The position numbers and the translations under genes were made by a program. This document shows positions 11,519 through 24,082 of a DNA stretch of 64,000 bases, piece after piece. How positions within the stretch are numbered: position 1 is the stretch's first letter; every line of letters begins with the position of its first letter. Source of the stretch: Botryllus schlosseri (Eukaryota); NCBI GenBank assembly GCA_051294905.1, contig CM119372.1, positions 3,782,001 through 3,846,000 on the forward strand, read 5' to 3'. The notes under the pieces are model-generated. The model did not search any database, was not told the DNA's origin, and worked only from the letters and a program-made list of their open reading frames with translations.

Positions 11519-14216
11519 ACACTATATTTAGTACTATGTGTCTAAAGAGGGTCAGTCCCGTCAACCAACTTGTCTCTCCCGTGCCAAAAACACCCATGTT
11601 ATGCCTTCATGGTTATTTAATATTTACGAAGCATGCATGTATCAGCCCCATCGAACTGCCGTTGTCCTGGGCGGTGGCCAGGCAAAGTATTTCCATAAAA
11701 CTGCAGGTGTTTTTAGACAACTCATATGCGGAGGACTGTGACAAATTTCATAGGTCATACACTGATATGATCTCTCCAAGAATAGATACCAATTTTGGTT
11801 TGTTGTTTGGTATGTTTTATATATATGCAGCTGGTATTTTCCAAGACAGTGTATAAAAATAAATATACAATAGGCAATAGCCATACACATAAATGACACA
11901 ATATCATTCTAATTCACGATATGGACTCCAAGCTACGGTTTCAGTACCATTCGATAAAACGACGTATGTACGAAGAGAGGAAGTGGTTCAAATATAAGTC
12001 TACAACCCTCCACATGTCTGTATAACAAAGTATTGCGGAATGCGACTATTATCGACTTGGGTAACCAACCAGTACTCGAAATAAACTTGAATTCAAGCAG
12101 ACACTTCATGAGTTTATGCCCGATGAAAGTATATCACGACTGATGGCAAGTGCTGCAGATTAACTTCCAAAGAGATTAGTCGGATTACTATATTGAGATG
12201 GAAGACGGTATCCAACAGAAACCCAAAATAGAGAAGTCAGCCCGGGACTTAGCTGCTGGTAAGTGATATCCTTGCGAATATTGCGGTGTCTTTGCTGCGC
12301 GGTGAATTTACGAAGACATGTATATTAGATAGGTTGACCTTCGTTATATCTTTAGGACTAATTCATTGATATCAAGTTTCAAGTATAGCCTTTAATGAAT
12401 CGGATTTCCTTGGCAGAGTCATTTTTATGATGAAATGTGACCTCGCGAGCACTGCCATGGTTGAAGAGTTGGTATACATAAGATTGGCCTTTAAAGCTAA
12501 TAAAAACCCATTAAACGCTATTTGGACCAAAACAACGACGAGTCATCGCTGTACTTTTGCCCCGAATCAAGCGAAAATGATTATTCCGCGTATTTAAGCA
12601 TAAAGTTGGCCCAAACACAGATTAAAAAGTTATACTGCGGAATGGTTTCATAGTCCGTAACAACTTTTATTTGTCTGCAGCAAATTGACTCTCGAAAATC
12701 GTTACACTGCACTGTTACCTCAATAATAACTTCATTGTTCTTTGGGTATGAGCACCGCGCCGGATTTTCTCTAAATAGTATTTAAATTTAGAGTTTTCCC
12801 CATTAAAGGAAAATGCCATTTTCCCCCGTGCTAAATGTGACCAATGAGACATATTCATCAACATCAACTTCACGGTCCATAGGATTATTAAACAGGGTTT
12901 CATGCCACCACCAAAGGCCGTACCGTAATCAGTCTAAGATATAATGGATAAGTAAACACGATAATTGTTTATCGTCCGTCACACCTCGGTCCCTCGTGCC
13001 AGGTGTTCGCCGACAGCAGAGTGTGTGAGTTTCTGTGCTACCGATGGCTTCTTCCGTATAAGTATATCTTGCCTATATTTCAGTACAATTGTCATTTAGT
13101 AAATTGCCAGATTTAATGAAATTGATATTTTCCTAGCATAAAAGTGATTAATTAAGGAATACATTTTAACACAGGGGTCGCCAACTCAAAACGTCTCGCG
13201 GGTCACAAGTTTGTTAGCGGCCGCCGGCCCCAAGAATGCAATATCAACAGTCCAGGGGTCTCAAACACGCGGCCCTAAATAAGAATTTTGAAAAGAATTG
13301 CCGTGGTCAAATAACCAGTAGATCCATCAATATGTATTGCGCAAATACAGATTATTGATATTGGGTTTCCTCAATCACTAAGTGAACGCGAAGATTGTGT
13401 TATAAGCGCCTGGATGCTGAATTATGTAGAGGGCATGAAGTACTTTTGTCAGATTCCATCGACAGGGGTATATGAACGTCAACAAATCTGCAAAGAGAGT
13501 TAATTACTTTTAAGCCCGCATTTCCTGGGCTATTTGTTGCATGCATAAACATAATGCACGCGACTCGCGCATGAAACATGTGTTCGGCAGAGACAAACAG
13601 TAAACTTAACTTGTCTTTAAACGCCAATCGTCTCGGAAAAATGCACTTATCGGAGATAATTAGCTCTGCATTGAGTGACGTCGGATTTGTCCCGCGTTTA
13701 CTATTGCAACTTTAAGTGCCCCTTGCCGGGTTGCATTAATTATTAAACTAAGCGCATGAGAGGATAATTTCCTATAAAATTCAAATTGCCATTCACCATA
13801 CCACCCATGAAACCACGAAACGTTTTGCGCCACTATCATTCTATCATGCGATGTCTCCTTTGAAGACACGAACTTCTCATATTTCAAGTGCCTTGACAGG
13901 CAATATGTCATCTAATAGGATGTGACAAAATAGCGAATATCTGCCTTAATCTAAAGGCCTGTGTCTTTCTTAAAACTGAGAATTGGTCTTTCACGAAATT
14001 AATCATATACGATCTATTTTTACATGCCTCACAACGCGCTGATGGTCTTTCTGCAAGTGATGAATGATAATATGTTTAAGCTGATGTGTAGTTGATATCC
14101 CATCAAAACAAGGCGAGAATTTTTAATTCGAACCGGAGAGGAATCCGGTTATTTTTTGAAAAGACGATTGGTTCTGTACTCGTTTTTACACAGTTTAAAA
14201 TTTATTTTACTTTTGC

Positions 14217-14510
14217 GGCGAGATAGCGTAGTGGTAATCTATACGTCCCACAGCGGACACCAACACCAATGGGGTGCGAGATCCAGTCCGACCGAGGTCA
14301 CAATTCCTACCTGAGTGTTGTAGGTTTATCTAGGCTCGTACTGGCTGCGATCCGCGTAAGCGGTGTCTTACAAAAGCCTAGGACGAAAGTGGGCCGTGCT
14401 ACAAGCAGGCAGGGTAGGAATCGTGCTAATAAATATCTGTCTGGAATAAATGACCATTGACCAATTACCAATTTACCATATAGTCTAATCACCATGAATA
14501 CCAGAACAGC
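14217..14510 (+). mobile_element. tRNA-derived SINE family 1, near full length
   Basis: GGCGAGATAGCGTAGTGG ... GGGGTGCGAGATCC ... GTCCGACCGAGGTC ... CTTACAAAAGCCTAG ... CACCATGAATAC; colinear with the reverse complement of 11250-11518. Confidence 0.7.
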
Positions 14511-15439
14511 TTTACTTCAACAATGTGTTTCTCCAGCCAATTACTCATTTACAGCATATTCAACGCAAGGCTTATCGTGTCTTGACCAACAGGGTCGTTT
14601 TTAACGTCGTGGTGTTATACATCAGAACCGTACGTTTTGTCATCGCGTGATGCACTGCTACCGACTAATAGCACAGCACAGCGTCTCTTTCAGCTTTATG
14701 ACATCACAATGCACACGGAGATCGGGAGACAAGAAGTCTAGACAGCGATTTTCAACCTTTTTGACCTCGCGGATCGGTAGAACCTCGAAACAATATGCTG
14801 CGGGCCGGTGAACCTTCAAAAATCAAACTTAACTGTAAATTAAATACGGCAAATGCATGTAGCTCGAATGTAATATTGGAAACATCATTTAATGCAGCCT
14901 TTTTTATATTAAATGTTATACTATTAAAGATTCTGCAAGGCGAAGCTCGCGAAGTCCCGTTGAAGACCACTAAGTTGATTGTGATTTCTCGGCTTCCTTT
15001 GAAAGTAATGCGACTTTGCTTTTTGCTATAGAGGTAGCCTCTATTACACTTTCAAGCGCCGCTTGTCTATCGGCGCTTAACGAAGTATAGGCTATGCAAT
15101 ATCCCATTTAACTTGTCAGAAACGCGTTGGAGGCAACTTTGACGGCAGGCGTTGTGACGTAGGCCTACGCCCAAAGATCCAAAGTATACCATGGAATCTA
15201 CTACACAGAAAAGATACGTTTCAAACTTGTAAATCAATTTGAAATATGATGCTTTGCTTATCTAATTAATGAAGAAGGGTCCAACGTCTTATTGCATATT
15301 GGAAATGAGATTTAAAATTTCAAAATATTTGGCAGACCGGCAGGAAACTTTCCATTGACCGGCGGTTGAGAACGACTGCATGGTCTAGCTATAGACATAC
15401 TTCGAAAACGCTAGCAGATATCTTGGAGGGAGTTACTAC

Positions 15440-15500
15440 CGGTGTCGGACTCGAACCCGTAGGCAAGCAGGCAGTGGTTGAACTATACCTCCACGCCATT
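15440..15500 (-). mobile_element. Isolated tRNA-like SINE head
   Basis: Minus strand TGGCGTGGAGG (A-box-like) and GGGTTCGAGTCC (B-box); no complete cloverleaf. Confidence 0.35.
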
Positions 15501-15543
15501 CATCACCACCTAACATGGTTAATTGATGCTTAAAGGTCTAGAT

Positions 15544-15866
15544 CAGTGGTTCTCAATCTTTTTTTAGACACGCCCCCCTTTTTGATAGTGAAAAATTTCG
15601 CGCTCCCCTTATCGTCATATCACAAAATCCAACTGGGATGCTAGCAACCCCAACAGATTGTTTGGTGGTATGGACGGTTATGAATGTTGATGAGAGAATA
15701 AAAATATATGAAATTGGGTCTATATAGAGAGAAGCACGCGTGCACTGTAGGTAAATCGCGCAGAGCGCGAAAATTTTTTTCAGGTGACCGCATCTTTGCG
15801 CCCCCATTCGGATGTTTCACGCCCCCCCCCCCCAAGGGGGGCGCGCCCCCAGGTTGAGAACCCCTG
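15544..15866. mobile_element. hAT-Charlie-type MITE (323 bp)
   Basis: TIR CAGTGGTTCTCAA / TTGAGAACCCCTG; perfect TSD GTCTAGAT (15536-15543, 15867-15874), matching the NTCTAGAN target preference of Charlie elements. Confidence 0.87.
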
Positions 15867-18800
15867 GTCTAGATGTATGAGTTATGAAAACAGGCTTGCA
15901 ATAATAGTAAACACTAAACAGTCGTCTGCGCATTTCTGAAAGCTAGTTTTTGATACTTTGATCTTAGAGTGAATCAATGATTGAATGGCCGTCCTATTAT
16001 TTATTGAACTGAAGAATTTTTTCAACCTGTATTGTATTTTCGACAACGAAATTCCATGAATGCATAATGGCATATTCATATTCTGACTGGTATAGAGCTA
16101 AGCTGTTAGTATTGGTCGGCTTCTTGCCTCATATACCAGTGGTCGGGATCCTATGGCTCGAGAGTCATATATGGCTTATTTGGGTAAAATATATACTATG
16201 GCTCTGTGTCCAATATTTATTTTTGCACTCAATTTATCAATCTCGCAGCAACTTGTTACTACATTTGCATCAGGGCCAGAATAAATATTCTTGAGGCTGT
16301 ATAGGCATGACTCTGAGAGGTCAAGACAGTGGCGTATTCAGGGTTAGGGGCTCGGGCTCCCTTTTCAAAATCCTCAAATTCAAGTTGCTTTCGCGCCGGA
16401 GACCAATATCACTCGCGAGTTCAATACACCGGACATCGCGCGCCTCGAAATCTCGAAGTACACGATACGTTGATTGATGAAATGATCAAAGAAAAAAGCA
16501 GACATCGCGACACCTGTATGACAATGCAGTTTTCAAATAAGCATTGTCTTCCTGGTCCACGGCGAGAAATGAACTGCCGTGGAAGTCACATGTGCCTTAC
16601 CTCTCCTTTCGCGCCTTATTACCGAACAATAAATATGCAAATTACGTGATTTTGGAATTAAATGATCAAAATCTGGTCATTCATAAACAACTATGAAAAT
16701 ACTAATATTCATTAGAAGTTTCACAATTTTCATTCAGTCATCCGGACGGCAGGTAATGCATTTCCTCACTTGCGTTCTCCGACCCCACGTCACTGACGTA
16801 TCACACTTTACAGTGGGTATGTACTGCTGTAGGTAGTGACCATGTTTGGTTCCACCTACGCATGTGATCATGGGTCCTCATTCCTCATATTACAAAGGAG
16901 CATCAAGACGAGCTTACGATCTCGCATAACTGACGAAAGTAGAATCACACTTTTACCATGGTGTCCTATACTTTTACTGTTGACTACATCTGTTGTAAAT
17001 GGTAATTATTATTATAATTAAGTTTCGATAAATATCATTCGGCTCTTAGAGATGTAACTTTTCAAAAGACCTATGTAAGATCTACTCAAGTTTCGCCTTC
17101 TTAAATGAAGCAACCAGCAAGAGTAGTAAAAGTTTTTACAGAGAAAATGTGACGCACATTACGAATCCCATGTAGTGAGCTCGAATTAGTGCTGTGATGA
17201 AGTTACAAAATTTCAATTTGGCGGTTGAAATGGAAAATGTAGGGCCAATATGGCTCTTCGCGCGAAAAAGGTTCCCGACCCCTGCCTTATACCTCCAACG
17301 GAGCATTCTGCATGGGAATGATAACGAAATTATTCGGCAATTATATAGAAATGCTTCAATCAATTCGGATAACACGGTTTCCTGTTGGGTATCTCATTTA
17401 ATCAGCTGTAACGCGTCAACATTACGCCACGGTTTATTTTCGACGGACCTATAAAACAGCCTTTCACAGCAAATCAAACCGCATGTTCGTGGCGATGAGG
17501 CGAAAATTACAGTTTGAATACTCGGTATTTAAACAATTTGCCTGATTTGCGTCGGAGCCCGCCATCGAAATGATTGGTGTTGGTGGGTAATGGCTATCAG
17601 TGTATTATGAGAAACTGGATCGAGTATTGTGAGTGACAAAGGTTCCACATTACAAATGGTCCCATGGCATATTGCTCATTAAGGTTATCTTCACGCGAGT
17701 AATTCGAGAGAATATTTCTAAAATTCCATTATTGTAACGGCGGCAGAACATCATAGTGCGCAGCTTACGCTGTTTCCATTCGAATCAGTCCGTCTGCGCA
17801 ATTGTTTCGACACCTTCCTATCTTTTCATTGTATCGCAGTCTTGTGATGTTTTGAAACGATGGAAATATTGATTGATGCTATCTGCGAGGTGGCGCAAAT
17901 GAGAAAATATTTTTCTCGCGGTTGCGGGTATAACGGACATCGAAACGCAGTAGGAAAAAATTAGAAGATTAATAGACATTCAAATGCGGACCTGTACCAG
18001 ATTTGAGATAGGGATTCAAGCAAAAGACACTAAGTTCAATCCTTCTTCCCTCTTCTCCGTAGAAAAGGCACATCAGCTCAAATTCTATTCCGGATATACT
18101 AGCAAACAAGTGTATACTCTATGCAGCAACGTTATAATGTCACGCCAACCTCAATCCCCAAACTTCCTCGCGCGATCTGATCCAGATTCGCCTCCACACA
18201 AGAGCGCAGATGACCCGACATCATAGCAATTAGCAAAATGTCATTATTACACATCCCGAGCTATTGCAGTTTATGTCAAGTTGCGTAATTACCCCCATGG
18301 CTTACTTTGGTTTTGTGTATGATTGCCAATGTTTCACTGACATCTAGCGACAGGGAAATGAACTTTGAGTGTTGATTGTATTTTCTCTGCTTCGCGGTCT
18401 TTCGAGCTCAGTTCAATTCAGTTTATTATTATTCTTTATCATTTCAAAACCCCACTGTGCTACATTCAGTAACTAAGGACAAAAATATGGAATATCGGTC
18501 TGGTGCAAATGAACGCATTAATCGAAACACCATGGATACCGAAAACAAAACACCACAAGATTGCGATAAAAATGAAAAGACCTGGAACGACTTAGAGTAG
18601 TCCAGTGGCGGCTCGTGACAATATCGGGTGGTGGGGCAAGGGCTGCGAGCGACTTTTATCAACATGACGTCACAATGGCGTTTTCCAACGTAAAAAAGTA
18701 ACTTTATGATGGTCACATGAATTTCCCGACAACAGTGATTTTAACGTAGGTGCCGCGAGAGGTTTGCCGGTGAGCCGTGACTTGAAGTGTGGTAAAAATG

Positions 18801-19589
18801 TTTTATTCATTTATTTTTAATCAAAGGATTATTTTACAAAATGTACGTGAACTAAGAATCGTCCCTATGCCACGAATCAAGTATCAGGTCATCCTTAGTA
18901 GCATGCGTTTTGATTTCATGGTAGAGTTATAGATTACGCAAATCGATAGACCCTAAAATCCGACCGTCACCCCAAATTCGAAATCCGGATCCAGTCCGGC
19001 CAGGTAAAAAAAACATTGAAATCCTGCTCCGGCTCCTGAACCGGACTGTGGCCATCTCTGGTTACGACCAGGTGATAATAGGCAACCAAAGCGGAGGCAC
19101 CCGGCGTACGATTGGATCAATAGACTGGACAACTTCTAGACCTCTCATTTTCGCTCTAAAGGCAACTGCGTAAACTACGTACGGAATAAAGATTCAATAC
19201 GATTCATGTTCGCACTTGACTTGACCTGACTAATTCCAATGACTAGAACTCGAGAGATTGCGTAAGCCTAACTGGAAAGGTCAACGAGTTCGGACACATA
19301 CGCAATTGTTATCTCATAGATTGGGCCTGTCATATTGAATCCAGAACATCAATTTGAATGGTCTTTGAAGAACTAAGGACAGCAGCCTCGGAACTTCGGT
19401 CTCGGAACAACGTAGGACATTTTGGCCTTGAAACTGGAGACTGTGACACAACACATACGGCTTACTGTCTATAAGTCAGCTGCGAAATCGCCGTTGGAAA
19501 ATATATTAATCAATAAATACATGAATAAAAGCCGTAACTTAGTATACTGTTACAAGAAATCATCGAGAAGTAGCATACGCAATCTCATA

Positions 19590-20378
19590 ACCCATTCCGG
19601 TATGGTACACTGTCAAAATCAATGCAAACAGACGAACACCGAACTTTGAGTAAAATAGATCGAGGAATAGGCTGATCGAATGATCAGCTGTTAGCCGACA
19701 TCGAAAATGAAATAGCTATCGCAATTGACAGGGGATTGTAAGCAAATGGTTTGAAGGCCACAATTCCACAGTGAAATGGACATTGGCGAACATAAAATTA
19801 TGTGAATATTTGAATGCAAACCGAGAATCTTGGTTAGCTGTTTCATGCGATCATCAAGATATACCATTGGAAATATCATCACCGATCTCGTTATGGAACG
19901 CAGACTATAGATTAGCACAGACCGACACCGGCTTTTGCGTGAGATCCGCAATGACGTAGGTAGGCTAAGTATCAGATCAGCGCGCATCTCTACCATACTC
20001 GACCTCGAAAACGAAATAACTGCCTCAATCATTGAGTGTCAACTTTAAGACTTGGCACCGCGTTCGATACTAAAATCAAGACATACCGTGTGAAAGCTCA
20101 TGACAGATCTAGGTATGGAACATCGTTAAAATCAATAGAGACCAATAACGGCTTTTGCGTAAATTTGTTGGCGATAAATGAAGAGTCAGCTCTTACTCGA
20201 CTTTGGAAACGAAATTACCACCCACATAGTTCAGTGACAAACTTAAAACTTGTTACAGCGGTCGATACTAACACTTACCGTGCCAAATGTCATGACCGAT
20301 CTCGGTATAGAACATCGTCAAAATCAATGGAGACCAATACCGGCTTTTGAGTAAAATCTGTTTGCTGTACTATGTACA
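19590..20378. repeat. Degenerate tandem array (~190-280 bp units) inside the outer hAT element; resumes at 24090-24270
   Basis: Recurring anchors GTCAAAATCAATG and CCGGCTTTTG.G at about 19613/19646, 19929, 20127/20148 and 20317/20340; GATCAGCGCGCA at 19975 and 24094. Confidence 0.55.
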
Positions 20379-23300
20379 TAGGGTTGTCCAAAATTTGAAA
20401 AATTTCGAAAATGCTGCGTTGTAATGTCGTATTCTATAGATTATTGATTAAAAACATCAACAAGCCTGAAAGAAGCTCTCAGGAACGTCGTTAAGATTTC
20501 TTACAAAGCGTTTGAAAGTAGCCGTCTGCATGTGGGCGGGGAATCGATGAAGTGGGCGGGCAATCACGAACCTAGAATTTTGATTGGTTGGAACCTGTAA
20601 TAATAAGCTACTGATTGGCTGAAATACTGATTTTGTGATCATTGCTGGTCACGATTTCGTTCTACTCTGTTGTGTTGGTTTGCAGCCATTTCTGTTCGTG
20701 GCATTGGCGATATGGTAAATTGACGTTGTTAATGCTGCCATCGACAACAGCATAACGATCCAGTAATATATTTTCTACCTGAACACTGTGTATAACAGTT
20801 TTGTTACTTCTTGCACAGGAGCTTGGCCAATTAAGATAAGAATGAGCTAGATGCATGCATCGTGCTACCTTCGAGCCTTCTAAAACATACCAGTTGACAA
20901 CGACTGTAACTCATAAATTGCAAACCAGTAGTCAATTTCTCCTTATGGCTTGTTATGGTAAGTCGACGTCTCTCTCTAAAACGAACGCATATTACACTTT
21001 TTATTCAAGATTTAACAAAGGCAAAAATGCTATTTACAAAAGGCATCATTAAAAAGTATATCGCAGGGTCAGTGTTGCAGATCACTGGCCTTTGATAAGA
21101 GTAGACTTCCTGCTGTCTCCAAAAATCTTCCTATGCTGTTCCACAGCTTGAAGCAAACTGTCTCTTTGCTGTTCATTGTCAGTCAAGATTGCAGCATAGT
21201 CTGTGCTTAGCTTGACACCTCTTTCTGCGGCATCATTAACGACTTTGACAGAACTAACGTAGCAATTCATTTTATTGAATGAATCTGAAAAGTGCCAATC
21301 ATCAACCGGTTGACGCAGCCAATCCCCAGAGCATTCAAAAACTTCAAATATGTACCACGACTGGGGCCCAATAAGGTCAGACAACGTACTGTCCTTGTTG
21401 ATCTGTATAGTTGCATTCAATGAGGGTGGGCCCCTTCTGAAACTGGAAGTTCGCTCTACTTGCAGGAGCGCCTTTGCCATATTTTCCCGGGTTTCCTTGC
21501 TTTCCGTCGGTGAAAACAAGGCGTATACAGCGGTTTCCTCAACAATATACCAGTCGTGCTTCAAAAGCTTTCGTGAAGCAGCTGTGGAAACTTGCTCATC
21601 ATATTCCTTATAACTCAACATGTGCTGAACGAATCTCAAGTCATTACCAGCTGCATCACGACCAATGCTTGAATCCACCCACGCAGGGATATAAAAGAGA
21701 ACCAAAAATAAATTGAAGCGGCGCAGCAGTTCAACTTCTTCAGATTTGTAATCTAATTGGTCGGCCCACATGAACATCTTTTGAGCATACAGAATTGTAC
21801 CCATCCATCTCGCATGGTGTGCTGCACCAGGTTTGTGATGACGTATATCTTCATCTGCACCGAGAAGAGCAAGAGCATTAGTCACACATTGCTTGTAGTC
21901 ATCCCGTGTGAAAAAATCTTTTCTGTTCAACAGTAGCTTGAACTTATCAACTATCATTGCAGCTCGTTCAGCAAAACATAGAGGAATAGTCAGAGTCTTG
22001 AATTGCTGTTCCCTGTCAAGACTGCTCCAGTTCCTTTTAAGGTGGGCAAACCATGCATTCTCTGGTCCAGTTGTGGCCTTTCCAAATAAAGATTTCCAAA
22101 CGTCTTTCACTACCAGCTCATACACATGGTGCCGACATGCATGGTAGAACACCTTCCTTCCTAGAAGGTCTTCAAGAATCTTTGCCGCACCCTTCTTCCA
22201 GCCGCTGTTGCTTGCTGTAGTGTCAAAAACCAAAGCTGTTACAGCATCTTTTATATTCCAACTTTCAATTATGTTGAAAGTGGTTTCTGCTTGCGTCTGA
22301 CCTGCAGCATTTTGCATCTTTTGAATGCCAAGTAGTTTTCCTTCTGAGTATTGAGGATGACAAGATAGGACAATTGACAGAGCCTCATACCGATTTCCTA
22401 ATCTATCCTCTGTGAGCTTTCCATCCCAATGAATAGCAACATGTTGAGGTTTATTTTCTGCAAATTTTTCTGAAATATCCTTGGAAATTTCAAGACGATT
22501 TGTTTCCCTGGCTCTCTTTGTCGAAGATCTTGACAGAGAGAACATTGCTATGTCACCGCCACAAGCCGTAATAAATGCTCCGATCAGCATTGTTGCCTTG
22601 TTGTCTGTTATTTGCAATCGATCCAGAGCTTGGGACACATGGGTATTATTCATAATATTTTTAGGTGCCATCAGCTTAATGGCTGTCGAGGTGCCAAGAC
22701 CAACATCAGCATCATAATCAGAACTTGAACTCAAACTATCACCCTCTTTTGAAGATGAAGAAGATGCTAAAACAACATAGTCATCACTTGAGTCATGTTG
22801 AATGTTTTTAACAGTTCTATCCGCCATGGTTGCTGTTTTCTTTTCGATGTCTTTAGCGAGAATCTTGTCTCTTCCCAACATTATGCATTTGCGAGATTGC
22901 TGTTGATCTTCATAGAATGCAATGTCTTCGAGCTTTCTATCATGTGATAGACAAATGTCATTTTGTATTATTGCTATCGCATCTGTACTTCCAATATCCC
23001 ACAACTTGTCCAAATCTTCCGTGAATTTTTTCCTCTTACCCTTGGGATCACTTTCCCGTTTCATGGTCGCCTTCAGAAAAATATATTTTTTGTTCAGTTT
23101 TTCAAGTAATTTCACCGCATTTCCTTTAAGTATTGTGGCAATTCTCGATATTTGCCACACTGTCATGACATCATGAACCACCACATTACATAGCTCACGA
23201 GTAGGGGTTGACTGAGGGCAATGGTCTTTCAGATGCAGAAAGTAACTCATTACTTCTCGCAAGGTTGGTAATCTCGAGCCACAGATGTAATCGCAAGCAT

Positions 23301-24082
23301 ATCCGACCAAGTAATGCTCAGATCGAGATCTTGTTCTTCTCTGTGGCAAGTGCACAGTCTTCCGCCGTTTTGCCTCTGCCATGACAGTAATATTTTTGCC
23401 TTCTATCATAAATTACAGCTACGCCTAATACATTTAAGTAACAAGTGTTACATTACGACTATTAACTCACCAACCCACAATGCCCTTGTACATAACCACA
23501 ACCACTACTAACAAAATCGACCTCATCAGAACAGAAAATGCTGCTGCAACTAAAACATTGAGCAAGGAACAAGTGTTGCATTACAACTATTGATGCATCA
23601 ACCCACAATGCGCTTTACAAATTCCCGTCTCTACTAACAGACTCGACCTCCGCAAAACAGAAACTACTGCTACAACTGATACATTCGAAGAACCACTGTT
23701 ACATTACTACTATTGACTCATCAAACCACAACACGCTTTTACAGTATTACAGCCGTCACCAACAGACTCAGCAGCAGCAAAACCTACTCCTTCTGTCAAA
23801 CACGGTGAAGCACCCAAATCAGAGCTGACAGCCGCCGTCATCATTGAAGCATAACCGATTACCCAATCAAGAATCGTGGTTTCGTCATTGCCCGCCTAGT
23901 TGCAATTTCGCCGTCGGTGGCCCGCCCACTCTTTGGCAGCTACTTTCAAACGCTTTGTAAGAAATCTTAACGACGTTCCTGAGAGCTTCTTTCAGGCTTG
24001 TTGATGTTTTTAATCAATAATCTATAGAATAAGACATTACAACGCAGCATTTTCGAAATTTTTCAAATTTTGGACAACCCTA
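20379..24082 (-). mobile_element. Full-length, apparently intact autonomous hAT-superfamily (hATm-like) DNA transposon, 3.7 kb
   Basis: 144-bp TIRs (20379-20522, 23939-24082) starting TAGGGTTGTCC, with one mismatch. Near-TSD ATGTACAT/AAGTACAT (7/8, boundary ambiguous by 1 nt). Single long ORF. Confidence 0.9.
21082..23409 (-). CDS. hAT-superfamily (hATm-like) DDE transposase, 775 aa
   Basis: Uninterrupted ORF with motifs HWDGK (D), VFDTTASNSG (D), ACRHH (CxxH) and VVNDAAERGVKL (E), lying between TIRs. Confidence 0.9.
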   Translation of the reverse strand: MIEGKNITVMAEAKRRKTVHLPQRRTRSRSEHYLVGYACDYICGSRLPTLREVMSYFLHLKDHCPQSTPTRELCNVVVHDVMTVWQISRIATILKGNAVKLLEKLNKKYIFLKATMKRESDPKGKRKKFTEDLDKLWDIGSTDAIAIIQNDICLSHDRKLEDIAFYEDQQQSRKCIMLGRDKILAKDIEKKTATMADRTVKNIQHDSSDDYVVLASSSSSKEGDSLSSSSDYDADVGLGTSTAIKLMAPKNIMNNTHVSQALDRLQITDNKATMLIGAFITACGGDIAMFSLSRSSTKRARETNRLEISKDISEKFAENKPQHVAIHWDGKLTEDRLGNRYEALSIVLSCHPQYSEGKLLGIQKMQNAAGQTQAETTFNIIESWNIKDAVTALVFDTTASNSGWKKGAAKILEDLLGRKVFYHACRHHVYELVVKDVWKSLFGKATTGPENAWFAHLKRNWSSLDREQQFKTLTIPLCFAERAAMIVDKFKLLLNRKDFFTRDDYKQCVTNALALLGADEDIRHHKPGAAHHARWMGTILYAQKMFMWADQLDYKSEEVELLRRFNLFLVLFYIPAWVDSSIGRDAAGNDLRFVQHMLSYKEYDEQVSTAASRKLLKHDWYIVEETAVYALFSPTESKETRENMAKALLQVERTSSFRRGPPSLNATIQINKDSTLSDLIGPQSWYIFEVFECSGDWLRQPVDDWHFSDSFNKMNCYVSSVKVVNDAAERGVKLSTDYAAILTDNEQQRDSLLQAVEQHRKIFGDSRKSTLIKGQ

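Noticed and set aside
21350-23176. Plus-strand ORFs within the transposase
   Set aside because: Antisense shadows of the 775-aa ORF.
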